From assembly GCA_022813865.1 (NCBI GenBank), contig JALDZX010000046.1:1-64000 (forward strand): a DNA stretch of 64,000 bases, written 5' to 3'. Shown here piece by piece: positions 50,501 to 64,000 of this stretch. Numbering within the stretch: position 1 is the stretch's first letter; each line of letters starts with the position of its first letter. Both the position numbers and the translations under genes were made by a program. Below the pieces are notes generated by a model that did not search any database, was not told the DNA's origin, and worked only from the letters and a program-made list of their open reading frames with translations. The stretch is from Xylographa opegraphella (lineage: Eukaryota).

Positions 50501-53500
50501 CCCGAGTGGCAGGTGCGATGCACATGACGAATTTGCCACTACGCCTGAAAATCTCCACACCATTCTTGAAGTAATTATGCTTGACATGCCGAATGAGCCA
50601 ATGATGGTCTCGCAATTCCATATGCCTAGATTCGAAGTGGCGTGTATTTGTCATGTCAAATACATCACTACCTCGTGTCGAGTCATCTGTTCGGCATCGC
50701 CGGCTGGGCTTAGTATTATGGATGCCAGATCGTACGTCCAGAGAACGGGTCTCAGAGGCGTTCTTTCTATAACCTCAGCTTGAGTGTGCCCCTTCGGAAC
50801 CTTTGGGCTATGCTGATGGATATATTGATGGATATATTGAGCACTATTGGCTGTGAAGGCATGATCTCGGCCCATGTGAATTCGCGCTTGAGTGGGTTTC
50901 CGAGCTTCATCAGCTGTCAGAAGACGGTCCAAGGGTGATCACCGTTACTGCCGTCGCCTCTTGAGCCCTTCTGTGAGACCGTGGTGCAGGACTGAGAAAT
51001 GGTCCGAGCAGTTTGGGCGGTTGAAGTTGGAGGTGATTCGGGCTTAATACAATGTGTACGTAGACAAACGATGGGCTATGCAGCGACGGAACTGAAGCGT
51101 GGCATTCATGGCCATCTCTTTCTTGAACGTTCTGTCTGTAGAGTAGTTAACATGATACAACGATGCAAAACTCGTGCGTTACACGGCAGCCCCCAGCGGC
51201 ACACAGAAGTAAGATAGATGTCAAGTCCCACCATACAGAGGCCGCAAGCTATCTCGACAGCGTCCGCAGTTGGGCAACAAGGCTCAGAGAAAAGCACAGG
51301 AGCCTTGACACCGAAATTTTAATGAGAACCTACCCACACATGTGTTCCATTACCGTGGAAAGATGGCGTTGAGTGGGATCTGCAATCCTATGAACCAGAA
51401 TCCAGACGCTCTGCAGACCCACAAAAGAAGCATGCGAAATCCATCATGAAACAGGACTAGCAGATATGACTGCCTTCAAGCCGCAGTATGTCATTGGTCT
51501 GTGATGCCGTGCCGACAGGACATTTAAGGTATTTCCAAGGAACAACCCTAGCCGTTCGGGAAACTTGCTTTCAGCACCCAACTCGGCCGAATAGGCAGCA
51601 ACGTCGTGATCCAGGCCTGAAGTCTTGCCCACTTATTGCCCCGATGCTTGGTTCCAACGAAAAGCGAGGTGTGCGTAGCTGTGACACAGACTGTCAGCTT
51701 CGCGTGATCGAGAGGCGCCACGGGGTCGGGTTCGATACGCCTTGCTTGATAGACTCCGAGGAATGGGACGCCCGAAAGCCAGTGTCATTTAGTGAGTAGT
51801 GTGGGTGTCCATGCCTCGTGATAGGGTATTGCCAGGGCGTCAGCCATCCACACTGTATTTAGAGTAAAAGAATACTGACCGTCGCTTCACACTCCGTCGG
51901 GTAAGTCTTGTAGTCATGATCATGGAGAGCTTTGGCAACAGCGAATAGATCTGGTCCTCAGCCGCAATGATCTGGGCATCGACCATTGCTTAATACTAGT
52001 GATCAATGGCAGCCTACCAAGGAAACACCGGCGTTGCCCTCAGCTGACAAGAAACTTTGGTCGTCCCGTGATACATGTACTCGCCAAGGTATGACGAAAG
52101 TATGTGTTCCAGTGCCCTCCGCTGAGCATCGTTACCTTAGAGAGCCTGATCTAGACGTATCTGTAGGACTGAAGGCAGAGCGATTCAAAAAAAACAGTGG
52201 TGAGCTTTGATCTGTGGAAGCACAGTTCAGTTTTGTGTATGTTGGCTCGCAACCACGATCGTATTCTAAGGATCAACGAATCGAAAAATATATGCCAGAA
52301 TCATAAACCTATCACGCATTACGAGTGCCATCATTCTTACGCTGTGACAGAATCAATCTCGTACCGTCTGCTGAAGGGTCAAGGCACGAGTCGATGAGAG
52401 TTTTCCTTATCTCTTTTGAACATTTATTTGGTAACCAGTGATGAACACCGAGACCACCATATTCTCAACACGGAATATAGCTTGTATGCAAAACCGATGA
52501 TATAGCTATTCATAGACTGTGGCTTTAAGCGTTTGTGATACATTCGCTCTAACTTTATCAAGGAGCATGAAAACCTGCAATATGTTGACATTCTGAAATC
52601 TAAGGCGACCTCTGCGAGAATGAATATCACCATGAAAAGGGTCGATTCGTATCAGCCCATTCCCGCATGAAATCTAGACCAAGCCTGGAAGAGAAACTCG
52701 GAATTAAGAAAGTTGAACACAACACCTGTAATCCCCGAGACGCAGTACGAAATCTGCCAATAGAAATGATGGACTAAGTAAGAAATCGTGAATGGCGGAA
52801 CCAGCAACGATGAGCATGGAGTAAAACTCCTGCCAGACGGGAGTTTGGGTTCGTGTTGGGTAACGATGAGATTGATGGCGTGATGACTTTAGGCATTTGG
52901 ACCCAGCCGTACCTCCGTACTCCAATGAGTCCCTATCGAGGCATCCGAGCCTGACAATGCTCTGCAAAACCGCATCGCATAGTTCTTCACACATGTTGTC
53001 AACCAGTAGATCGTCACAGTGTCTCGCCGCCGACGTTTTGTATCGGGAGTCTAACAAAGTGATGCAAACAACTGCGTCGACAGCACATACATTCGAACTA
53101 ATCAAGATCCAACAAACACCCAACACAACATGCTGGAGGAAACGCCGGGAAAATAGAACATTCGTCGGCCAGTCGAATGATGGAGCATTTCAAGGCAGCC
53201 AGAGGACACAAGCACGAGAGTATCCTATCCAGTGCGACGTTTCAAGGCCGTCGAGAAGGCACGCAGCATTGGAGCATTGGGTTTGAAGCAGAACAGACGT
53301 CGCGACGGCGAGCTATTGGCGTGAGGGCCTTGAACGGTGGACGGTCGTAATCTAACCTCACGGCGCAGTGATTCCTTGGTATTGAAATACTGGAATGATA
53401 CGGTGGGATGTGTATTCTACGTAGCAGTTCCTACCGGGAAGGCAAATGGGAAGGCAAAAGAAGGCAGCGGCTTGATATCATGTTCTCGACACCGAAACAG

Positions 53501-53897
53501 AGCCTCATTTCCTGCCGTTGCCTTTCGCCTTATTTGCGAACCGCAATGCAAAGATCACTTCCCTGCCCCTCTCATATAATCCAACTGGGCCATGCTTCTT
53601 TCACCGCATCTGCATTTGGAGCGCGCATCGTCTTTGCTTCGTTACTTCGTTGCTTCCTTTGCTTGTTTTGCTTGTGTTGCTTCTTACTCCCCTTCCAACT
53701 CCCCACATTGTCTGCTCCCGTCGCACAGCCAATCGTTGCCGCTCCCTCGGTCGCTGCTGCGAGTTCGGCCACGGCTTCCCCACCGGAGTCGCAACAAGCA
53801 AGGCATTTCCTTCTCTGCCGCTGCCATGCTCTGAGCATCGGTGAATGTTTATACGCATAGGTCTCGGAGACACGATAGGCACTTGGATCCCACTATA

Positions 53898-56800
53898 ATG
53901 AACAACGAGAAACCTCACTTCCTTGCACGGAAGTTTCAAGACTTCCAGCGGCAGGCGGCCAAGCTGTTTGTCTGTCCGCTCTGTGCCGAGGAGCCTTCGT
54001 TTGTGAGCGAACAGAAACTCTTCGACCACGCCACCGCTGCGCATCGTGCCGTGATCGGGCCCTCCCGTGACAGCCGCGCGTACCACGAGTATCTCACCAC
54101 CGCGACCAGTAAAACGTAGGTCCCACCGCTCCCTCCCTCCGACCACTCCTCCGTGCCGACTGCCGTCCACCCGACCTCATCCAACTGGACTGGCGCCGGC
54201 TCAGGTTCAAGCGACAAGAAGCTAACTCGAGTGCAGCAGACAGCAACATGGACGACGGCTGGCCCCGGATCCTTCGCCAGCCATGTCCAAACCGTCGTCG
54301 AATGAATCGATGAAGCTGAACTTTGGTGACGACGCAGCCTCTCGCTCTCCGTCCCGCCGACCGGATGCTGTGCCAGGCCCTCGTGCTTCCGTAGATAAGA
54401 AACTCGAAGATCTCACGAAGCTCTCCCTCAACCCCGGACCGGAACTGCCAACGGCCGATTTTCGTGACACCAACCGGACGCCCTCACCGCTGTCAAATCC
54501 ATTGAAGCGGGCCGCGGCTGCGGAAGGTGGCGTGCTTGATCATTCATCGGGCCACGGCGAAAGCCCGGTGCAGCCACGGAATCGACGTGCCAAAGCACTG
54601 TCGGGCGGTTCTTTTGTCCCCAAGGACCCCGAGTTCGACCGCAAGCCCAGCGTGGCGAAGGACTCCCATGTACTGAACGAACGTAGCGGAGGCCAGAAAC
54701 GTCTGTTCGATCCCAATACTGACAAGCCCGCGTTTGGCTCTAACCAACGGAAATTTGGTAAGGCGGATGGCACGCCAGCGTCTCGGAGAGTGTACGATCC
54801 ACGGTCCCACCTGTTCCGGACCAAGAAGCTGTCCGGGGGAGATATCGATCATGACCGGAAAAGCTCTGCGCGTCCTCATTTCCCGGCAATCATTGAGAAA
54901 TCGGCGATTGATCCCCACTGCCCGGCGGAGCCTCCATCGGACCAGGACCATTTGGTGGATCATTCAGACTCCGATACTAATGATGAGCCCGTACCTGAGC
55001 TTTTGTTGCAGCCAGAAACAAGGCCAATCTCACATGAGCAGTTGGTCGTAGAGGTCAAAGGCATTTATGCGGGGCTTGTCATGGTCGAGGCCAAATGTAT
55101 GGATATTGACGACAAGCAATCCTTAGCTGCCCTGGAAAAGGATCCTTCAAAACAGACGAAGTTGAAACCAGAGCAGTGGCAGGCGCTAATTGCGTTGCAC
55201 AAGACTCTTCTACACGAGCATCATGACTTCTTCCTGGCCTCGCAGCACCCGTCCGCCAGTCCTGCGTTAAGTCGATTGGCTGCGAAGTATAGCATGCCCG
55301 CTCGGATGTGGCGTCATGGAATACATGCATTCCTGGAGGTTCTACGGCACAGGCTTCCAGAGTCTTTGGATCACATGCTAGCGTTTATCTACATAGCGTA
55401 CTCAATGATGGCCTTGCTCTATGAAACCGTCCCGACGTTTGAAGATACCTGGATCGAGTGTCTTGGAGACCTCGGCCGGTATCGGATGGCGATCGAGGAC
55501 GATGATATACGTGATCGAGAGGTTTGGAGTGGCGTTGCAAGGTGAATTCAGATCTATCCGTTTGACGAACGCGCATGACTAAATAAATCTCTTCAAGGTT
55601 CTGGTATAGCATGGCAGCTGATAAGAGCCCGAATGTTGGAAGGCTCTATCATCACTTGGCCATCCTTGCTCGCCCTTATACTCTGGAGCAGTTGAGTTTG
55701 TACACGCGATCCTTGACTTGCATCGTACCATTTGAAAGCGCGAAGGGCAGCATAATGACACTCTTTAGCCCGATATTGGAAGGAAAAGAGTCTGGATACC
55801 ACCGGACATCGTCGATGGAAACCGTGTTTATCAAGGCCCACGGCATCCTTTTTACCGGTGGTTCTATGCAGGATTTTCTGGCCTGTCTTGAGCGATTGCG
55901 GGGCGGACTGATCGACAACTACATTGGACGCGTAACAGGCAAGTTCAAGCAGCAGGGTGTTTTCGCGGCTTTAGCAAATATATCTGCGCTGTTCGAGTAT
56001 GGAGTTCTTCGACCGAATGGCAACTCGAGATCTACACTACGACTGGCATTTGAGGAGGTATTGAGTCAGGGAGGAGCAGCGAGTACCGAGCCAGCCAGCG
56101 ATGATCGCGAAGCAACGCCATCTCACACCCCGGATGCAATGACAAGCCGAGAGCAGGAAGCGTCACTCCAAATGGTAGCTTGTGCATCAAGTATTGCCTT
56201 CGAGACCCTCTCAATTGCCCTTCGACGTATCGGAGACAGGAACGTATTTGCTCTGGCAAATGTGTATTTGATGTTCGTCTACAGCCTACTCAGCAAGGAG
56301 AAAGCCATTTCACTTCTCGAGACCCGCATCCCATGGGAAGACATCGCTCGATTTCTCACTTCCTTGGCCAAGCCGGAAACCATGACGTCTAAAGTCTCAA
56401 GTGAGCGCTTCCCGAGACCGGACGAGGGTGTTGGTCGTCCCTTACCTGAAGATTTTCTCATGCGTGGTCAGTTGTGGAGTGAAGATCTGTTTCCGAATAC
56501 GTGGTTCGTGGACGCTGCCGTTGACGATGAAGAGCGGATCCTTGAACTCCCGTCTATGGCTGCACCGCGCGTTGAACGAGTGTTGTGGCTAGGACATCGC
56601 ATTGCAGCTTCTGGGAAGTGGATGTCGTACGAGCAAGACTCTCATACTTTTGTGGTATCTCAATATGTGAAAGACTTTCCTCCACAAGAGAGCATTCAGA
56701 CGACGCAGTCAGCAACTCCAGTGACCAGCCAAGATAGTGCCATGTCAGGTGTTCAGGACGACGAGGACACTTCACTGCACATACCCGACAGTCCGCCACT

Positions 56801-57164
56801 CAGACGAGAGGCATCCAGCGAATTCTCAAAGTCCACCTCCAAGCCTTTGTCAGCCACAAATGAGCACAACCGGGCCACTAAGAAGGTCACCCCTGTCAAA
56901 TCCTACTCCATCACCCAAAGGAAGATCCTCACCAAAGAGGATGTCAAGATGACGGACTCTACAACGCTCAAGCATGAAAGCCCAATGTCCCCTTTCTTCC
57001 AGTATCTCAATCCCGATTCGGAAGAATGGCTAAAGCGTGAGGATCCTGACAAGAGATTGTCTCCGCAGAAGGCTGACGCGGACTTCTACGCATCCGACCC
57101 TCGAAAATTGGACATTGTCACCGTAGTCGATGTACCGGAAGGTCAAGATCCAGCAAAGGTCTGA
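53898..57164 (+). CDS. Est1/Ebs1/SMG6-7-like DNA/RNA-binding domain protein with an N-terminal C2H2-like finger, 3 exons
   Basis: LQPETRPISHEQLVVEVKGIYAGLVMVEAKC, LHEHHDFFLASQHPSASP, MPARMWRHGIH, WIECLGDLGRYRMAIE, GVAR|FWY...GRLYHHLAILARP, RPLPEDF.MRG..W. Upstream exon 53898-54115 splices in frame. Confidence 0.88.
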
Positions 57165-60100
57165 GTTCTTGCATGGCCGCTTCAACACAGCTTCGATCGA
57201 TGTGCACAGATTGTGCATGTGTGAGGGTCTGATCACCTCGATCGCAAAACACATTCTTTACAGCCTGCAGATCTGCTATGCAATGCACCTTGACAGGCAT
57301 CATTCCTGCTCCAGCAGGCTTTTATCAGACTGCGCTTGCTTATGCGCAATCAAGCAGATCAAGCATGACGGAGTGAGGTCCAGGCAAGACCGTTGAGTAT
57401 GGTGATTCGCATCGTGCTCTACGGTCGACAACACGGCATCAGTGCGTAAAGTAATTGTAGTGGGCACTGTCATGCTGACCCCGCTTGCAGTTGAACCCAA
57501 TTACGAGGCTGGACTTCACTCAAGCCCTTCTACAGATGGGGTGCTGGGAATGAACTACTGCACCACCCAAGGGTGGACGATTGGGAGTCTATGCACGGGT
57601 CCGCAACAGAGGTACACACTCGTTTTGGAGTTGGAGGATTACTGTTTCGGCTTACTTGTGTTATTGGTATTGAACGGTCGATCAGATTGTTAAATTGGAA
57701 CGCGTAATACACTATGTTGCCGCCATCGATATGGTGAAGGAGCCTTGCACGACTGTCTTCCAATGCCTTGAGCAGGCACGTCTCGCAGTGTGCAGCATGC
57801 TGCCACACCTCTCTGGTATGGAACACACGGTGCCGATCTGGTGATCGCCTGGACTTTGGGCCGGACTGCCTGGTGACTCGAGGTCTCTGTCCGAAAAGCC
57901 CCTTCTGCCTCTCTGCAGCACCATACATTCATGCTTCTCTGCATGCAGCCGCTGCTGCACGCATACCCAACATAACCATTTCCTTTGATGTGTCCATGAA
58001 TTTGGGTCGACTCGTGTCGTAACATGCGCACCTACCACGCCTCGACTTGGCTCCAGATTTTAAGCATGTCTTTAGCTCTTGGAGTCCTGTAGCTTTATCT
58101 TTACTCGCAGCACGTTGTCCGTTCTCAGCATTGAGGCAACCAACTTTCCATGGGACGGCGTGGACGTGCGCCAACACAATAACAATCGCCTTGAGACGTC
58201 GGCTGCTTGGGGTTCCCGACAAGGGTAGCTCTGAATCCGACAGCTCATGACTGAGTGCATTTGGGAGGCTATGTAAGGTATGATGACAGGAGTCGGTAAG
58301 CTAAGATGCGTGTGGGCTAGATGCGCTAAGGAATGCTCGCTTGGCATTCAGAGATAGGGCGTGCTACATATTAACCACATTAGGACTAGCACTACTGCCG
58401 CAATCCCACCATTTCGATGCACGCAATTTCGTGATGATTTCTAGGCAGGCAGAAGCTCGAGGCAGGCTGCCATATCGTTGTGACTCTACTACACAGAGCG
58501 GCACGAGGAGAACTAAGATACCTTAGCTGACACTACAACCTTGATGGTTACCTTGTGCAGGCCTCAGCCTTGCGACAGTCAAGTGCTGCGCCTCCAATTT
58601 CTCCAAGCGCGAGGCTCATTGTTTTTCTTCTGTGTTGATTCCTGCCCATGCTGAAGGCAAAACCAGACCCCAGCTTGTCCTTTTTCCGGGCGTATCACAA
58701 ACTCGGCCAGCCTGAAGCACATGGCGCTCTGAGCTCTCTTCGGGTAAAACGCTTGACAATCATGCCTGTAAATCATCAATCACGGAAGCCTGCGTTTCGG
58801 TATTCAAAAGTGCCGCCCTACTATAGCAGCGGGAGTCATGGTAGTATCCCGTGTCACCACGCAAGAGAAAAGGTAACCCTAAGTGAGTGCAAGGCTACCC
58901 GCTGTGAATCGATTGATAATGAGGCAATTCGATACCATTGACGTGCTACGGCAACAGAAGCCAGTTTTCCTGGCGAAAACCACCGTATACCTACCAATGT
59001 CTCGCTCTTCGGCCGCTTCTTGCCGCTGGAGATTAGCCTTCTATGTGTATGACGGACAGATGGTGTATGCCACTCCGCTCTGCTGCATAGTAGGTAGGAA
59101 GAGGAACAAAAGAAAGACAAACAAGCGGTCCGGTAGGAGACACAGCTCCGGCTCGGTGCTCTGCTCCTCAGGCAGGAATATAAAGCGAGACAAGATGCAT
59201 CATCGCTCGCAAGGCAACAAGACACGGATGGGAAAATGATTCATTTCCGCCGTGTGGTCAGCAGATGGCCGTTTTCTACGCCGCGGCTGAATAATTCTGA
59301 ATCCTTTGACCGTTACAAATGAAGTCAGCGAGATTTGCGAACAGTAGGAAGCACTCGCGATGATTGCCGTTGCAATGTTACCGCCGACGCCGATGGTCGC
59401 TCATCGGGACATGTGGTAATACCATGATGCTACCATTTCTGGGATTGTCGTGTGACGTTGTGCGGGCGGTGAGTACACACGCTCGATGCATCAGCTTACT
59501 TTTTACCACACTCGCCGAGATGATCTGCATATTATGTGAGACCGTTCCATTAGGCAACTGCGCTCAGGAATGCTCGGTTGGAATTGCGATTCAATGTGCC
59601 TTGCGCTTCTTATATCCCTCTCCACGTCGACGAAAGAATACGAAATCCAGGTGTGAAGCAATCCCACCAACGCTCTGGAGGAATGTTTGCACAGCATCCA
59701 ACGCTGCTGCAGACAAGCCTGCCTCTTACCACCCCGAATGCGCGCTTACCGTAAAGTCCAACACACACGGACGAATGTTTTCAATACCACATCCCATACA
59801 CCTCCAAGCCATACAAAGCAGATACTCACCCATCACAAAACCCCCACCGTGTTCCTATTCTCCGCTCCCTCCCTCCCGTGCAGACATCGCTCCGCCAGCT
59901 CTCCCGCACCCCCCTCGACCCAGCCGCAACCGCGTCCAGTGCGCTCGACACCACATCGTCCTTGCCTCTCCCCTCCCGTGATCCCCAACCTTCGGGCCCC
60001 TGCGCACCGCACCCAGCACCTCTTCCCACACACGGCAGATTTACACTTTCGAATCCACTCGCCGGCCTCCCGCCTTGTAGTCCCCCACTTCCCCATATCA

Positions 60101-63089
60101 GCACTAGATATCCCCTACCCACCCGGCTCCCGCTCCACCCCTGCCCACCTAATTCGATACCGTGTCCCTCATGGCTAAGCCCCGTCAATGACAGCCCGTG
60201 ACCCGCTACCAGTCTGTCGGGAGTGCCACTTCCGGCGGAGTCCGTTGTCTCGGGAGGGGAACGTATGCATTCGACCCCCTACCAGGCTGTCGGGACCGCC
60301 ATCCCCGGCGGAGAAACCGTCGTCCCGGGCGCGGGATGTGTGTCATTGCTGAGAGGGGGTACATCCAGCTCGGGACTGGGACTAGCGGGTCGTGAGCGGG
60401 TGTGGAGCGATTGGCACCAGACCTACGCGGGCTCCAGGGGCGGGGACAGTCTCCGGGTACGAATTCAAGGAGGAATTCGCGGAGCGGAAGGGGAAGGACG
60501 GAGGATTCCGCCGCAGACGATCAAGATCACGACGGGGACAGTGATAAAAGTGAAGCTTGGCACTGGCTCGTCTGTCCTCGCTCTCACTTACGCGGACCCG
60601 AACCGAACAGCGAAAGTTTGCTCGCTTCGGCGGGGAGGGAGGAGGGGAGGTGCTTATGGTACTTGGCAGGTTGGGCGTGTAACCCCCCAGCCTGCATTCG
60701 CCCGTTACAGGCGTAACCACGTAGGACATTTACCTTACTTACATACCTACATACACCCATACGCTAGCCGCCTTACTCCCTCCGAAAACCGCACGTCCCA
60801 TCACCGCAAATCGCACCATCGACCCCACCTCCCCTTCTCTTACCTTACCTAATCTACTCCGTACATTCCCCACTACTAGCGCCGCACCGCACCCACACAC
60901 CCACCTCCTGCACAAAACCCCCAAAGACTCGAGTCCTTTTGCGCCCGAGGACGGAAGACCCACGAGCCGCACCACCCCCCCACCCCACACACCATTCTCA
61001 GCTATTGCCAAAATCTGCCATCATTCAGGGTTTCAAGACCCAGCGAAGCCTCACGCCCCAGCGCGAGGCCATTCAATCCCTCCAGGCAGCCGCCGCAAAG
61101 CAAAGCAACCCCGCCCTTCCACTGCCGAGAACCTGGCCGCCGGACTTTCTTTACCCTACCCTCCATGACGCCGATCGTGGGCCGAAGGTACTTCAGAAGT
61201 AGGGTCGCACGATCAGCGGGAAGGTGAAACCGAGCGGTTGGGTTGGGTGGGCAATCGACGATTTACTGTGTAGCGGGGTGTTTACCTAAGGTACCTTAAG
61301 GGAACATGCATGTGTGCGGGATAAGGTAGTGCCTTGGCTACATGCGGCATTTTTTTGCTACGGTAGCTCGATCACGTATCCCGTACCTACGCGAGCTACG
61401 GTAAGGGCTTTAAGGTGCTCACGGTGAGGGGCTAACCGCATGTCGGTATCACAGATCCAATGCGTTAACCAGTGCGCTGGCTCTATACCTACCATACCTT
61501 ACCTGTGCGCTACCCGCCCAGTGCCCTTGGCTGCGTTTCGCCTTAACTGTGCAGTACGCGCGAAGCGGGTTGAAAGGACGATGTCGTGCAGGAAGGTGGG
61601 AAGGGGGGGTAATGCGTGCTTTTATCGGAGAGTGTGTGTGTTGTGTGTGTGTGGTGGGGTGGGGAAGACCTTTGGGGGATTATGATGATGATGCGTTGAT
61701 GGGGGAATGGTGGTGTGTGGGGAGGCAGACAGTAGTGCGTAGAGAAAGGCTCACGGTTTTTTGGATTGCATGGGTTGAACTACCCCATTAGGGATTTTGG
61801 GCAAGTGATGCGGTTGCGTGGGGGGGTAGGGGTTGCGGGCATGCTGGAAGTCCTGAGGTTACACAGAGCCTTGTTTTATAGGTCAGCCAAGGTACCTTAG
61901 TGGATCACCCAACACTGCAGACATACTGTGCAGATCGATCACAAAACGTGGTAGCAACGCTTTCGCTAGAAGCAATGCTAAATGCGACGAGGCTTGGGCT
62001 GTGACCGCAGCCCTTCTCCTCCTCGTTGGCGTATATCGACGGTTTCCCATAGTTCAGGCTGCACAATATGATCTGCCGCCAAAGCAGCGCCAGCCTTGCT
62101 CATGCGCATGCTATTTTGCCCATGCCGAATAATGATAACATGCCGTCCTCTTAGTCCTCTTCTCACAACACACGGCGGGGTCTCCTGATGTGTTTCGCAC
62201 AGTCAGGCCTCAGGCTGCGATGACCCGTGTACGGACGGGCCAGCTCGCAGCCACGGGCAAAGTCTCGAGAGCTAGCCTGGACAGCGGGTCGCCTGTTGTG
62301 ATCAGGCTGAAATCCTCCTTAGACGGCCCTATCAATATGGGGACGGATGGTGGTGGCCTTGGTCTTATGATGTCTCAGGAATGAATCTAAGGTTCCTCTG
62401 CAGATTCTACAAGCGTGTAGAAGCATCCACCGCGATCGGCGTTTGTTCCTGACGAAAGTGAGCGGGTTGGATGGCAGGCGAACCATGCGAACCACGCGAA
62501 CCAGGACAACAACCCAACAGCAAACAGTGTAGCTTGGAGTGGTGCACTCCTAGTGTCGAGATAGCTGACGCCACAAGAAAGTGCAAGTCAGAGGGGGTGA
62601 CGTGGATAAGTGCAGAACTCGGAAGGTCTATGGCTAGTGTCGGACATGGGAAAACAGTGGACAAACGTGATTTGAAATCGAGGGGGGAAAGTGACAAAGC
62701 GCCGAAACGCGATTGAAAGGAGGCAAAACACACCGAGAAGGCTCAAGGTCCCAAGTATGATCCGGTTTGTGGAAATGGGACCATCATTCGAAGTGGCAGA
62801 AATGCAGTAGAGGCCAGAAGTGTCTTGAAACCGACCCTGGCACAATGAATGTATGATGGAGATGAGGTCTGCGATCCGAAATTCTCACAATATCTAGTTG
62901 CTTCGTATGAAGCCGATGTGAGACCCTTGCGGTCATGACTTTCACATTCCTGTATGCTCTTCATGTTCCATCGATTCAACCAAGGAGTGTACTGCGATTC
63001 TTATTAAACTCATGTAATGCTCCAAAGATAAAATGAGCGCCGTCAGAGCTCCAACAACGCTGTCAGCACACAGACGTGTAGGTGCTTTG

Positions 63090-63449
63090 TTAGCGGATGA
63101 TACCATCTTCTCTCTCGTCGATAAGAGCTTCCTTTGCCTCTGTCGTGACCGAAGCAGAACTGCTTCCACGAGAACCAATGCTGAAGAAGCTCTTGACTTT
63201 AGCTCTCCTGGCTTTTTGCTTCGCTTCTCTATCTTTCCGCCACTGTTCTTCGGAGGAGCAATGTCAGCATTCGTGCCGATAAGCAGGATTGTCAGGAGCA
63301 TCTCGGTGACATCGGATTTTGCGAGTGGAAATACCAGGGTCTTCTCCGCTTGCCAGCGCTGCTTCTCTCCTCTTCTTCCACAGCGCTATGTCCGCCGAAC
63401 TGGCCGGGCCGTTTGCTTCAGCGTTTCCAGCCCCCGGACCACCCATCAT
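63090..63449 (-). CDS. Small hypothetical protein (~90 aa, 2 exons)
   Basis: gccATGATG start; intron 63334-63248 (GTATTT..GCTGAC..AAG) gives MMGGPGAGNAEANGPASSADIALWKKRREAALASGEDP|EQWRKDREAKQKARRAKVKSFFSIG...EREDGIIR*. Confidence 0.6.
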
Positions 63450-64000
63450 GGCAGTCGCGGAGGTGCGTCCATTGACCACATTCTGACTTGTGACTTCGGA
63501 TGATGAGAGAATGTAAGGGAATTCATTGTCGCCTGTAATTCTCTGTCAAATAGTGAAAGGTGAGCAGGCCGGCGGTATGGGATGTCAGTGTCTCCTATAT
63601 AGGTCCGAGAAAGTCATGTAAGCATCCCCAGCTTTCACAAGCGATGGAGAGGTGCATTCTCCAGCAAAACGAACCGCTCGTGATTGGTAGGTATTACTCC
63701 GTAGCTTAACTAGCTTGGAGTTCATGCACAGCCCCAATATGCTGCGCCCTTCGTTATCATCGATTTCCGCCTGTACCGTCGTGGTAGGCTACATTGTGAA
63801 GGACCCTGCGTTCGTACATTGACTCCAAGTCCTCTAGACAAACCCGGAGTTGATAACATGGCTTCCTAAGGATTGGGTACCTATTTTCAAACGCATATTG
63901 ACTCTCACATGGATGCAATCCTTCAGCAGGCTAGTGACGCTGCTAGCCGTTGTGGCTTTTAAGCGAAATCTGGGGCAATGGACATGCGCTTCAGTACAGT

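Noticed and set aside
59364..61202. 200-aa ORFs at 59364 and 60223 and neighbours
   Set aside because: Non-ATG starts, composition-driven, no motifs.

Overview
Intron-containing genomic DNA from a filamentous ascomycete (GT-AG introns with CTAAC/CTGAC branch sites, Pezizomycotina-type genes). The window opens exactly on a complete Fot1/pogo-type DDE transposon (46-bp TIRs, TA target duplication, one frameshift) inserted into an older AT-rich relic. A mostly conserved gene run follows: a conserved hypothetical gene, PP4 regulatory subunit PSY2/SMEK, a Cid13-like nucleotidyltransferase, ferrochelatase head-to-head with Ku70, a proline-specific peptidase, a hypothetical gene, an intron-containing tRNA-Leu(CAA), a heavily disabled ADP-ribose pyrophosphatase (YSA1/NUDT5-like) pseudogene, squalene epoxidase ERG1, a RING-finger gene, an Est1/SMG6-like gene and a small spliced ORF. 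An accessory-looking block of about 11 kb lies between the Cid13-like gene and ferrochelatase. It holds a small secreted Cys-rich protein, a decayed ankyrin-like fragment and a ~1990-aa ZNFX1-like helicase (CCCH + SF1 helicase + NFX1 zinc fingers + RZ finger) bracketed by diverged direct repeats. All calls come from manual reading and motif recognition; no database searches were run.
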